Assembly (NCBI RefSeq): GCF_009914755.1
Contig: NC_060933.1
Origin: the human T2T-CHM13v2.0 reference genome, Homo sapiens
DNA: 64,000 nucleotides
Reading direction: 5' to 3' (one strand)
This document shows positions 1 through 16,650 of the stretch, piece by piece (position 1 is the first letter of the stretch; the number at the start of each line of letters is the position of its first letter). A program made the translations under genes and the position numbers. Below the pieces are notes generated by a model. That model saw only the letters and a program-made list of their open reading frames with translations. It ran no database searches and was not told the origin of the DNA.

Positions 1-1710
1 TTTGTCTCTTGTGCATGGCTGATCAGCAGTCAATTGTTTTGTCAATTGTCTTATATGTTTCTTCTTCCTCTTCCTTGCTTCCTTTTTCTGACCTGAAGTT
101 AGGGCCTTGTTACCAAACATCTAGATGAATACAGTGACCCCCTAATTGAGAGGCTGTCTACCAATTCCACCCACCCTCAATTCTATACTCAAAAAAAAAA
201 TTAGATGTAATCTTTTTCAGATACTCCTTTGGTATTGTCACTTAGTTTTTGAGTGACTGCCACTATTTCCCGATTGGCAGCTCTGCCTGGCATTAAGCTC
301 TTGACATTCTCAACCTAAGTGTCCAGCCAAGTTACTCTGTTCATTGTCCCCTCAACACGCCTGTGCATTTGCACCTCTGAGACTGCTTCTGAGTCAGCTA
401 TGCACTGCCCTTTAGAATAGCTTCAACCCCAAATCCTACCAGTGCTTCAAAGGCCCAGTTCAAATCCTACCCCTCTGGGAAGTCTCCCTTCCTTTAGTCA
501 ACTTCTAGGGCTTTTGCAATTTTATCACTTGTTTTACATCAGTTTTACTATTTTTCATGTGTGAGAGTTTTAACCTTCCAATTATGGTACAATGTCTTTA
601 AGGGCAAGGGCCCTTTCTTAGAGGAAACCCTCTATGAATTCTCCAATGATAAATTATTCTATGAATTCTCACAACTTTCTAATATAAAGGCTTATAAAAA
701 GTGGGAACTCACTGTTTATTGCTTAAAAAATTGAGATTTAATTTGAACTTAAATGCTCTATTAAATTGAGTAGAATAGCATCTTAAGGCTACTGGTAGTC
801 TATCTATGCCACAGATGGTTTAGAGATCAAATAATTACTCATATACCTATGACAGCAGAGTACTGGCTGTAAGATCCCCCCAAAACTCAAATACCTATTG
901 GGTTTGTCAGGCAACAAAAATAAGTGAATCCAGCTAGGTCTAATACAATGGAAAATGGTAGGACCTGGGGCAAACTCTGCATAACTTGCCCAAAGGCATT
1001 CAAATTCAGATTATGTTCAGACATTGCTAATTACAATTAGTGTCTTAGACACTTGGCTTCAAAACAGTGGTTAGTTCAGGTATTTCAGATCAATTGGGTA
1101 TGCATTTATCTAGGTCTTCATGGATAGCCGGGCTCTACTAGACACTGGGAGAGGGAAGAGGCAAATGGGATAAGACTGGCAGTATTTAACAAAGAATGAA
1201 GTATTTTACAAACATGATCCTTTAGGCTGGTTATTGTTACACAAAGGAATGATTTGCTAGGATTCTTGAGATACTTCCATAGAATGTCTATGCCTCACTT
1301 ATTGCACAGACCAGAGAATTCCATAAAAGCACTGGCTGTGTCTTATTTACCCTTGTATACTAGAGCTTGGCACATAGTAAATACCAAGTAAATGTTTTGA
1401 ATAAAAGAAAGAGATAATTAAAGCTTCAGCACCACAATTATTTGTATTTCATCTATCAGTTTGGAAATAGATCTCCACAGACAGTAGAAATGGCAAGAAA
1501 CTAGGCCTATAGCAACCAAGAAGTGAAACTGCTAGAACCTACCATCATTTCTGATCCTCTTGCAAATTTTGCTTGAAAAAAATTTCCTCATTTTCTGTTT
1601 ACGAACTTATCCTCAGAATTTACAGATGTTTCCTTGATTTCTCTGGAAAGATACAACTTCCTAATGCAATTGAGTAAATTGATACTTCTTATGTAGAAAT
1701 AAGCAGAATA

Positions 1711-1909
1711 AGCTGGGCAAGGTAGCCCACAACTATAGTCCCAGCTACTTGGGAGGCTGGGGCAGGAGGATCACTTGAAGCCAGAGTTTGCTTGAGGCCA
1801 GGAATTCGAGGCTGCAGTGCTCTATGATCACACCTGTGAATAGCCACTACACTCCAGGCTAGGCAATGAGTGAGACCTAGTCTCTAAAGAAAAAAAAAAA
1901 AAAAAAAAA
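1711..1909 (+). mobile_element. FAM-type fossil Alu monomer with poly(A)
   Basis: Single monomer with the 7SL-derived segment CCTGTGAATAGCCAC characteristic of FAM, followed by an A tail. Confidence 0.75.
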
Positions 1910-2757
1910 GACAAAATAAGATCAAAATTGAGTATGAACTGATAAATACAAGGTAGACAAGAAATATCCTGAGAGGCGCAATCGTTCTGCAGACATTTGC
2001 TTGGGAAGCTCAGGGGAGGATTTATGAAGGAGGTAGCCCTGAGTGAGTCTTAAAAAATGGGTAGACTTTTACCAGGCAAGATCTTAGTGAAGTTAGTGAG
2101 AGGAGTGGTCATATAGGAATTCATGGGATTTTTAGACCAAAGATTACCACCCTCATAAGTGATAATGACGATGAATGTGAAGAATGTTTACCACTTGCAA
2201 AGTATTTTTCACATACCTTGTCCAAGTTCCCACAAGCATTTCTGTTCACTACCTGTGGTTTGGTCAAGAGACCCAGATATTAGAGAACGTGTTGATTTCT
2301 AGTTTCTAACTCCGCCCAATAACATTAAGATGAAAATGGATAGCCACATAGGAACAGACATCAATAAACATATTTAGAAAACACAAGTGAATTTTAAAAG
2401 GGGAGACTTAAGAGGTGGCATGGTTGTTTGAACATGTTCGTTTTTGTCTCCTGGAGAAAAGTCAGCACAATGCTCATTCAGCTACATAAGTGTTTCTGTT
2501 ACAGCTCTTTCAGTCCACCATTCGGCAGGTCCTGAATTCTTGTCCCTTGTCCAGAAAAAATGAGGTATGTGGACAACTGGAGGGTGAGCAAGGCGGAGAG
2601 GAGCTTCGTTGAGTGACAGAACAGCTTTCAGGAGACCCAAAGTGGGTAGCACTTTTCCATAGGCAGGAAATGAGTGTTCAACTCTCAGCAGAGAGGAGAC
2701 CCACAATGGATAGCTCCTTACCACAGGCAGGTCATCCCAGAGAGGTGAGGAGACACA

Positions 2758-3111
<354 letters not shown>

Positions 3112-3149
3112 CTAGCTGGTAGTCCCAATGTCTGTTCAAGTCTGGCTGA

Positions 3150-3833
<684 letters not shown>

Positions 3834-4639
3834 TAGTGTGTCAGTACCATCCTGAGCACCCACATGCCTGGCCGGGTTGTGACAGCACCTAGGCTTGGCC
3901 ACAACTTTGCTTCACCCAGTAGCAGGTGCCAGGAGTGGGAAGAGGCCAGGGAGTGGGAGCAGGCACTTTCAACCTTGTGGGAGCAGGGGACTTCCTGGGC
4001 CCCTGAGAGTACAGAGATGCCTGGGTCCAGAGCCACTGCTGGGCAGCTACAGGGGTGCCTGGGAGCATGCGGTTCCCACCCCGCCAACTCAGTACGGGGC
4101 GGGACTCCCACCTGTTCTTGGCCTCCCTGGCCACACCTCCACTGCTGCAGCTGCTCTAAACGGGCAGCTGCTGCCATCACTGTGAGCTATGATTGTGCCA
4201 CTGACTCCAGCCTGGGCAACAGAAAGAGACCTATATGGTATGTTAAATGGTAATGACTGCTTTGGGGGAGAAAAGATGACTAAGGATTGTTGGGAATGCT
4301 GGGGTAGGGTTGGAGTGCTCTTGCAATTTTACATAAGACAGTCTCAGGAGAAAAAACAATGAAAGTGTCCGGGTAGAGGGACATGTACACTGGCAGCAAG
4401 GTCTTCCCTTAGGGATTGGATCTGCGGAAGAGGCCACACAGGCCTGGAAGCAGGCTTAAGGCCATTCAGGCTAGGAATTCCAGTGTTTCAAAGACAGACT
4501 GCAATGGATGGCGGTTGGTAGGTCAAAAGCTCCAGATAACATCTCTCAGCCCTGCGAACACCTTACTCTCGGGGAGAAGGATGGGCACAGTGGGTCCTTT
4601 AAAGCATGGGGTCCAGGACAGGGGCCTCTTGTCTTGGCT

Positions 4640-5000
4640 GTTGAAAAAACTGGGTTTTACACTGAGTGAAATGCTGAGCCATCGGAAGGTTTTAAGCAAA
4701 TATGGTTTGACTTTTATTTTTTAAAAACCACTCTGGCTGCAGAATCAACTGCAGGAAGGCAAAACTGGAATCATAGCATCCAGTTGTCAGACTAATGCAG
4801 AAATCACCATGAGAAATGACAATGACTCTGACCGATATGGAAGCAGTGGAGGTGGTGAGAAATGGTCAGATTCTGGATATATTTGAAGGAAGGGCCAATA
4901 GGGTTGGTTAATGAATCAGATGTAGAGTGAGAAAAGAAAGGACTCAAGATGACTCCAAGGTTCTTGTCCTTCACCTCAATAAGTGGAGGATGGAGCAGAG
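4640..5000. mobile_element. L2 fragment
   Basis: Degenerate L2-like text (gagccatcggaaggttttaagca ... gatgactccaagg); bounds approximate. Confidence 0.55.
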
Positions 5001-6036
5001 GAAGGCAAGACTAGAAGGTAAAAATAGCAGTGAGAAGGCTCTGCTATGGTATAAGAAGAAATGATAAGAAGCTGAATTAAGGTGATGGCAGTGGGGTGGA
5101 AGAAAGGAGAGCCACCATGCAAAAAGTATCCAGGAGGGAGAATTAACAGGACTAGGGGATGGGCCATATTTGCAAGATGAGAAATGCAGAGGTCTAAGAT
5201 TCTAGCTTAAGGTGGGTGTTGCTACTATTAGCATAATAGGAAAACAAGGCACAAAGACTTTTCAAAATTTGTCCAAGGTGTTAGAGGCTTACAATTTGTA
5301 AAACCAGGATTAAACCCAGATGTGTCTGATTTTAGAGCCTGAGCTCTTACTCATTGCATAAACCATATTTTCCCCAGAGGAGGATTAGTAGGAAAGGAAG
5401 CTGCTGGTTGGAAAGTATCTTTATAGCAGTGTCTGTTCCTCGGTTTGCTCAAGGGGACAGTGTGCCAGGAAAGTCCCCGTGGAAGGGCAAGGAAGAAGGG
5501 GAAGTTAAAGCCAGTGGCAGGTGATCCAAGAATCTTTTCTGTTGCTAGAGCTATGTTACATGCTGTCCTTTCATGCTCTAAAAATAAGAGTGCTGGCAAG
5601 TGCCAGGCCTGTTGGTGCAGCTTAAGATGATACCTTTCTTGGATATATATGCATCTGAATAAGGAAGGCTATCTTCTGGTCAAGCTAAGGTATGCCATGA
5701 GCATTTCCCTGTGGAAAGCACTTAATTCTGTTCCCAGTTGTTACCTGCTGTAAGATCTCCCTTTCTAAAATAAAAACAAGAATACAGCTCACTGAGGACC
5801 TTACATTTCCCTCTAGCTACTGACTCATTTCTCTTCTCCTTTTTATAGCACTCTTCTTGAGAGAGTTGCCTATATTTGTTGCCACATCTTTACCCATTCT
5901 CTTTTGAACCTATTCAAGCTTTCATCTGTACAAAACTCACTGATACTGTGCTTGTCAGGATCATCCATGACCTCCATACTGCTAAATGCAACTCTCAAGA
6001 GTATTTGGCTCTACTGATCACTCCTTTGTAGCACTG

Positions 6037-6591
6037 TGTTTTAAAATATAGGTTTTATTATTATTTAGGTATGGTGAGGCCAATATATCAGGAAATGACT
6101 GTCGTTGAAAAAAGTATGTTGTACTCACAGATCCCAAGAGAAGGGGGGCACACCATGCCACAAAGGGCCACATGGGGAAGCACCAGGGTCAGCCAGGAGG
6201 TGGGTGGGGGGTGCGCAAGATCTTTATTGTGGTTTCAACAGGAAGAAATGGGTGAAGCAGGGTGAGTGGATTTAGGATTAGCTGATATAAATAATTTCAG
6301 CAGGCTCTGGGGCATAGGGGCTGTCCCTAGTCTTCTGGTACTTGGCCCTGGGGTGATTAAGGCAGTTGCATAGTGTTGGGAATGTGAAAGCCCCCAATAA
6401 ATGAGGCAGTTGTGGGTATGGGCTCTGAAATGGGTTGGTTTGCATTTGAAAGGTGTGCTCATGGGCAAGTGGTTTACTCTCTCTTAGAGGTTAGAATTGG
6501 CTAACCCTGGGAGCGGCAGTCCCTTCAGGGTCAGCAAGGCCCCAGGTGTCAAAGCATCAGAATACAGAAAATAAAATGCATGGATAATACA
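6037..6591 (-). mobile_element. Solo ERVL-class LTR (MER74/MER76-like) with 5-bp TSD
   Basis: TG...CA termini flanked by CACTG at 6032-6036 and 6592-6596; inserted into an older L2-like element. Confidence 0.75.
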
Positions 6592-7046
6592 CACTGCCAT
6601 TTGCCTTTGTACCCTTCCTTTCAATCTTCTCTGCTGGTGACCGCTCTTCACAAAGATCTATAAATGTTGGAATACCCCATGTCTCAGTCCTTGGGCACTC
6701 TCTTTCCTATCTCTCTGTAGGTGATGTAATGCAGATATCCATGACTTTAAATCTTTAACACTTCTGCATTGATGACTCCTAAATTTACATCTCTACCCCA
6801 ACTGCCTACTAAACACCTCCACTTGGCTATCTAATAGGCATTTCAAACCAAATCTACAACAAACGTAACTCTTTTTCCCCTTCCTTAATTTGCTTCTCCC
6901 CCAGCCTTCTCCATTTTAATAAACAGCATCTCCATTGCCTTAGTGACTCAAGCCCCAAACTTAGGAATTTTCCCAGATTTCCCTCTTTTTCTCAAACTAT
7001 ATATCTAGCCTGTCAGCAGTTCCCTTCAGGTCTTTTTTCAAACTAT

Positions 7047-8590
7047 AGAAGGCCTAAACAAAGGAAAGACATGCTGTATTCATGAATTGGAAGACTAAAT
7101 ATTATTCAGCTGGCTGTATTCCCCAAATTGATCTATGGATTCAATGCAATCCCTACCAAAATTCCAGCTTCCTTTGTCTGCAGAAATGAGCAAGTTGACC
7201 CTAAAATTCATTTGAAAATGTAAGGAAGCCCGAATAGCCCCCTAAAAAAAAATCTTGAAAAAGACTAACAAAGTTGGAGGACTCACACTTTCCAGTTTCA
7301 AAACTTACTACAAAGCTACAGTAATCAACGCTGTGTGGTACTGACATAGGATAGACATATAGTTCAATAAAACAGAATCGAGAGTCCAGAAATACATCCT
7401 TATATATATGATCAATTGATGTTTTGCAAGGGTGCCAAGACAGTTCAATAGGGAAAGAATAATTTCCTCAACAAATTGTACAGGCACAACTGAATGCCCA
7501 CAATCAGTAGAACAAATTTGGAACTAAAGTTCTTATATTTAGGTTCTTGATCCATTTTGTTTAATTTTTGTATATGGTATGAGGTAAGGCTCCAAATTTG
7601 TTCTTTTGCATGTGGACATCCAGTTGTCCCTGTACAATTGCTCCATTTATATTTATCTTAGCAGAAAATACAGATGTAAATCTTTGTGACCTTGACTAGG
7701 CAATGGTTTCTTAGGTATTACACCTAAAGCACAAACAATAAAAGAAAAAAGTAGATAAATTGGATTTTTTTACTTAAAATCAATTTGTGTTTCAAAATTA
7801 AATAAAATCAAAATTAAATTAAAACATTTATCCTTCACAGGATTCTATAAAGAAACTGAAAAGACAATGTGCAGAATGGGAAAAAATATTTCCAAATCAT
7901 ATATTTGATAAATAGTTTGGCAATTCCTCAAAAAGTTAAATATAGAGTTACCATTTAATTCAGCAATTCTACTCCTACATATGTACCCAAGATAATTAAA
8001 AGTATACATAGACAAAGACTTGTATATGAGTTTTCATAGGAACTTTATTCATAATAGCCAACAAGCAGAAACAATCCAAATGACCATCAACTGATGAATG
8101 GGTAAGCAAAATGTGGTATATCATACAATGGAATATTATTTAGTCACAAAAAGGAACGCAGTGCTGATATATGCTACAATACAGATGAACCTTGACAACA
8201 TTATGTTCGGTGAAAAAAGCCAGCCACAAAAGTCCACATATTGCTTGATTCCATTTTTATGAAATATCCAGAATAAGCAATTGATAGAGACAGAAACTAG
8301 ATTAGTGGTTGCCAAGGGCCATAGGGAAAGGGAAGGGGAAATAGGAAGTTTCTGCTAATGGGTAAGGGGTTCCTTTTCAGGGTAATGAAAATGTTCTAAA
8401 ATTGGATAATAGTGTTTGTTGCACAACTCCGTGAACATACTAAAAACCACAGAGTCGTGCACTTAAAAAAAGTTTGTGTTTTAAATATATATACACACTT
8501 AGACACATATAACCCTCTTTCGTATATCAATTATACTTTAATAAAGCTGTTGAAATTTTTAAAATAAAATTTTAAAACAAAGAAAAAATA
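7047..8590 (+). mobile_element. Old L1M (L1MB-like) ORF2 3' end and 3' UTR with an internal inversion
   Basis: L1 text such as ggaggactcacactt...aaaacttactacaaagctacagtaatc; 3' end tatactttaataaagctgtt plus A-rich tail. Confidence 0.85.
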
Positions 8591-9661
8591 TATAAACTCG
8601 CCAACAGACCACTTCTCACCCCTACTAGCCCCTCTACTCTAAGCTATCAGCATTTCTGCAAACACATTCCTAACCGATCTCACTGCTTGTAATCTTGCCA
8701 GCAACCTCTCCCTCTCAGCAATAGTCTATTGCCTACACCAAAGCTTAGTTGTCTCTTAATGATGTAAATGAGGTTCTATCATTCTCCTGACCCAAACCCT
8801 CCACTGCTTTTCATCACACTCAGAGCAGCTCTGCTGTTGCCTGATTTAGATGTATGGCTCCAACAGATTTCCCCTGAAGAAATGATTCCATGGCTGATAA
8901 AAGTTGGAAAGCCTCCTCAGTTTCAGACCATTATCAGATTAGCTGTGTGCTCTGTCCCTTTCCTCAACCATAAGAAGTCCATGGATAAAGAAAGCTTCAG
9001 AGTAAAGGAGAAAGCATGGGAGGTACAGCAGGACCAAGGTGGGGCATTCGCAGCCCCCACCCTCATCAGAGCCAGTTCCCTACTCTCCCTGTCTAAACCT
9101 CTTAGTAAGAGGTAGTTCAAGAGAGGGGCAAACTCAATTCCAGCACTCAAAAGCACTTGACTACTTTGCTCAGTCAACTAGCAAGTATTTATTGAGAATG
9201 TAGCTCTGTTCTATGGAGTCTTATTTTCAAGTGTCAGACTCCCAGACATCCAGTCCAGGTAAAGAAGATGGTGTCCATTATTCATTTGACAAACAAAGTT
9301 GGGGTTCAAGGGCCAGCTATTGAAAAAAGCTATGGAAAGCTTCATGAGACGTGCAGGTAACTGCCAATATGTGTGGTTCACAAGGACTGGTTCATATTCA
9401 GAAACGGCCATTAGAAAAGGAAGAAGAACTTCTCATTTGGATTTATAAAGAGTGTCTTGTTTACTCTTAATTTATATCTTCTCTTCTCCAGGAAATCAAC
9501 CTATAACTTCTCCTCCCAGCTCCACTCTACCATGGTCTGTCACCTTCCCCAAATGATTTGTTATTCCCCTGTTTTCAAAAGTGAACAAAGAACCAAAGAC
9601 CCAGCAAAGTTTCACAAGGCCCTGAGACTTTCAATTGTCTATTTCAGATCAAATACAGAAC

Positions 9662-9716
9662 ATGATCTTCCTCCTGCTAATGTTGAGCCTGGAATTGCAG
9701 CTTCACCAGATAGCAG
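9662..9716 (+). CDS. PDCD1LG2: PD-L2 exon 2 coding part: signal peptide MIFLLLMLSLELQLHQIA (exon starts at 9648 with 14 nt of 5' UTR)
   Basis: Acceptor tatttcag|ATCAAATACAGAAC; ATG at 9662 with A at -3; donor GCAG|gtaaga at 9717; phase 1. Confidence 0.97.
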
Positions 9717-12180
9717 GTAAGAAAGGACAAAGGGAGAGGCTTAAGAAAGAAGAGCAGGTGGTGGTTCCTAGCCAAAGCCAAAAATGAGAATGTGGCCCTC
9801 AGGCTGAGGGCTTTCTTTGAGAGGACGTATGATTTCTGGGCTATTCCAAGCACCACAAAAAAAAAAAGAGTCCCCATGGTGGCTTATACATGCCAATGTC
9901 CCTATCTGACAGAAACGGTGACTGAGAATATTGCTCCATCTATTCCCACTATCCAGTGAGGGTAATGACAAGAAGACAGGATCACTCAGACCATGTAAAT
10001 CTAAACTGATACAAGAGGGCAGGGGTTGAGTTCCCTTAAAGGTGAGATGCCAAGCAGCTGTCCCCTTCCTTTCTGGCAGGGAGAGTAAGGAGACAATGGC
10101 CAGGGAACACCGTTACTCTAAAGATAATGTCTTGAAGACATTCTGCATATTATTAGTTGTTTCTGTGAGTTTCTTTTTTGAAAAGCAACAATAGCAGCCG
10201 TTGGTCATTCATACCTTAATGTGGTTTACTGAGTCTTCCTAAAACCCAAATGAACAATGAACCTTAAGGCTATCCCTTTGGACTTGAAGAAAGGACTTCT
10301 ATTGGAGGATGAGGGTGAGCAGAAAGAAAAGCAGTTTCACAGTTGGTTGTTCTCCTGGGGAAGGTAGTTCAGACCATTCGAGGGTGTAGTTAGAACCATG
10401 AGTGCACTATTTTGGATGAACACCAGGAGCTAAGAGAGTAACATAGAGGTGTGGACAGAGGATTAAGTCCTCAAGACAATAGCCCCAGCCCCATGGGAAA
10501 TCATCTTTCTGCTCATGATTGAGAAATAATGGCTCCCTTGGCACTTGATAACCTTTCGAAGAGCTTTCTCCTCCCTACTAGCTGGTTCCAGATCACTCTT
10601 CACCCAGTCACATTCCTCTCACTCACTTGAGCTGCCCAGCCTGGTCTGGCACTAGAGACATGCACTTGGGGCCCTCCTCAAAGGAAGACCCTGAGATATT
10701 CTGCTTACTTCTACTCTGCTCCTGCCTGCAGGGCCAGCTAAAGGAACTTTTCATGTTTTCTTTGCAAGGAACCCTGCCTGGCTGGCATTTTAGAGACAAG
10801 CAAAAGGGGCAATAACTTCCTTGCTACAAAACAGCTTCAAGTTTCCATAGAGTGATAAGGGAAATGAGGGCCAAAAGACACTGTTCCCCATCCTGTGGCA
10901 GGACTGGGGGCTTCAGGAGAAAACTTGGGGAATGTGTAACCTCTGTGGGTTTGTAGCTTAAAAACACTGAGATCCTGGGTTTTCTGTCTTTGTTTTTTGC
11001 CTTTTCTCTTAGGAAAGGAGTGAGCTAGGGTGACAAGGGGCAACATTTTTTATCCCTCATTGGCTCTTTCTACAGAGGAAGGATCTTTTCTTCTAAGATA
11101 ATCAGCACAAGACAATGAAGATAGGCACTAGCTCCCAGTTAGGTATACTAATGGGGCAAAAGGAAGAGCATTTACATTTATTGAAGATTCACTAAATGCC
11201 AGATACTGTGCTAGGCAATTTACATATGGTATAGTTCATTTAATCTTCACAATGATCATTTTGCAGGTGAGGGAACTAGAACTCAGAAAAGGTACTTAAT
11301 TTCCCCAAGATTACATAGTTATTAGGTGACACCGGCAAGATTTCAACAAAGCTAATGTCCTTTCTACTTTACTGTGCTACCATGATGATGGTAATCAAAA
11401 ATGGCAGACAACCCATAAATCTTCCAACTTTGGAATAGGTTTTTGCACTGAAGTCTGAATATGGATACGTATTGAATGTTTATTCTGGATATTCACAGAA
11501 TCAAAAAATATGTGTAATGAATTATGTTGCTGAATTAACTGAAAGGAAAGTAAAAATGTAGCGCTTTCTCATTTTCTTCACGAATTTGGAATTCTTTTCT
11601 GCTTTCCACTATGCAGATAACATCAGTTCAGACAAATATTAAATACCTACCTAAATTAGAATGCCTTCTCCTCATGGGATTTTTTTAAAATCTTGTCATT
11701 TCATGTCTCTTTAATTAAAGAGTTTTGATTTCAGAGGAGGGTACCTGCAAAAGAAAACAACAAAAAAACTAAAGGATCTGAGAAATAATTAGTGTTTACT
11801 TCTGGGGAGGGGAGGAGGTCTGGGATGGGGGTAAAAAGGATAGTCTTATCTATTATGTATATTCAGGTTTTTGTTTTTTACAAGAAGCATGTATTAGGTA
11901 TTATTTGTATAATAAAATATAATTTTAAAAATACAAGAAATTTCTCATATAAAAATATGAAAGTAATCAGACTGCAACACTCAGTGCCTGAGACAGAGCT
12001 ACAGCTATCAGGGTGTCCAGACAGACAGAAGATTACATTTTCTTCCTTGCTCCTTGTACAGCCCCAGACCTGCATGCTTCATTGAAAAGAAAAGAAGATA
12101 CCTGAATTAAATCAATGTGATGCTTAGTACCCTATCAGTGCACATTTCTTTTCTATTTTTAAATTTTAAAAATAACACTT

Positions 12181-12483
12181 GGCCAGGCGCAGTGGCTCAC
12201 GCCTATAATCCCAGCCCTATGGGAGGCCGAGGCGGGTGGATCACCTCAGGTCAGGAGTTCGAGACCAGCCTGGCCAACATGGTGAAACCCCTCTGTACTA
12301 AAAATAGAAAAATATTAGCCGGGCATGGTGGTGGCCACCTATAATCCAAGCTACTCAGCTGAGGCAGAAAAATTGCTTGAACCCAGGAGGCAGAGGTTGC
12401 AGTGAGCTAAGATCATGTCACTGTATTCCAGCCTGGGTGACAGAGTGAGATTCCATTTAAAAAAAAAAAAAAAGAAAAAAAAA
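12181..12483 (+). mobile_element. AluSx-like
   Basis: Full dimer; aacactt on both flanks. Confidence 0.95.
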
Positions 12484-12836
12484 CACTTATGGCGGTATTC
12501 TCAGTCATTACAAATAAATAAAAACAATCCATATGCCCTGGAGAATTTGATTCCAGGAGTAGGTCTAGAAGAACTTCAACTGGAGAATGGATAGAGAAAT
12601 CATGGTATATTTGCAGAATATATATTATATATATAATAGATAGCATGTGAATAAATTAATTACAAAAACATATGACTACATCTATTATTATATAGCATGT
12701 AGATAAATTACAAAAACATGTAACTACATCTATGAATCTTAGAGCATAATATTGAGTAAAAAATAAATAAATAAAAATTAAGGCCAGAAGATAACACATA
12801 GCACAATGTCCTTTTCATAAATAAATATATTGCTTA

Positions 12837-13208
<372 letters not shown>

Positions 13209-13566
13209 TCAGGACGCCAGTTACCTCTGGTGCAGGCAGATATACATCATTAGTAATGTGCTAGTTCTTAGGGTAGGTGGTAGGTTCACAGATGTTCATT
13301 TTACTTAATTAAATATATTTTGAAAATTTATTTAAAGCTTTCTGTTGTAAAATATATCACAGAGAAAACCACATGAAACAACTATAAAGCTTAACATTAC
13401 TATAAGGTGATTACTTTTGTAACCACCACCCAGGTTAAGAAGAACTTTGTCAGCTCCCCAGAAATGCTTCACATACCCTAGCCCAATAAAACCTCCTTTG
13501 CAAATACTCTTCATAGCACTATCTGATATGCCCTTTATTTTTACCTTTTTTAAATTAAAACAAAAC

Positions 13567-13854
13567 TTTTTAGAGACAGGGTCTTCCTCTGTCATCCATG
13601 CTGGAGTGCAGTGGCCCAACCACAGCTCACTGCAGCCTCCAACTCCCAGGCTCAAGTGAGTCTCCTGCCTCAATCTCCTGAGTAGCTAGGACTACAGGCA
13701 TGTACCACCCGGTCTGGCTAATTTTTTAAACATTTTTAGTGATGGGGTCTTGCTATGTTACACAGGCTGGCCTCAAACGCCTCGTCTCAAGCAATCCTCC
13801 TGCCCCAGCCTCCCAAAGCACTGAGATCACAGGTGTGAGCCATCACTCTCAGCC
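13567..13854 (-). mobile_element. AluJ
   Basis: Diverged antisense Alu dimer. Confidence 0.9.
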
Positions 13855-14309
13855 TGCCCTTTATTTTTTCATGAAAGAAATTGCTGAAGAGGACTAAAAG
13901 AAGTTTTAGTAAGCATTCAATAAATGTATGTTCTTTATAGTTTCCAAATCAGCAAATATAGACATCCTGCATTTTTAAGGAGATTTATATATTTTATTGG
14001 ACATGCTGTAATTTATTTAACCACTTCCCTGTTGGTAGACATTATTTCCATTTTCTTCTGCTAGATTAATGCTTGAAAAAAATGTGTGCCTCCTAAAGAC
14101 TGTGATGAAAGTTGCCTCTGAATAAAACTCAAACAAATCATTAATCATTAACTCTTTCCTTACTTGTATGCTCTTTGGATGCTCTACTGTGTTATCTATA
14201 AAATAAAGTTTGAAGTGAAAAATTAGGGTAAAACATTTTATATCATTTTTAAAGGATATATACATGGATGTACTTACATATGCATGTTTAAATTTATATA
14301 CCATAACAT

Positions 14310-16650
<2,341 letters not shown>

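Noticed and set aside
421-670. Short direct repeats (caaatcctacc x2; tctatgaattctc x2 at 631 and 658)
   Set aside because: Only two copies each, consistent with ordinary slippage micro-duplications rather than an array or CRISPR-like structure.
8768-9177. 115-aa (+) and 84-aa (-) ORFs upstream of exon 2
   Set aside because: They start in or next to an L2 remnant, show no domain features, and have lengths expected by chance.
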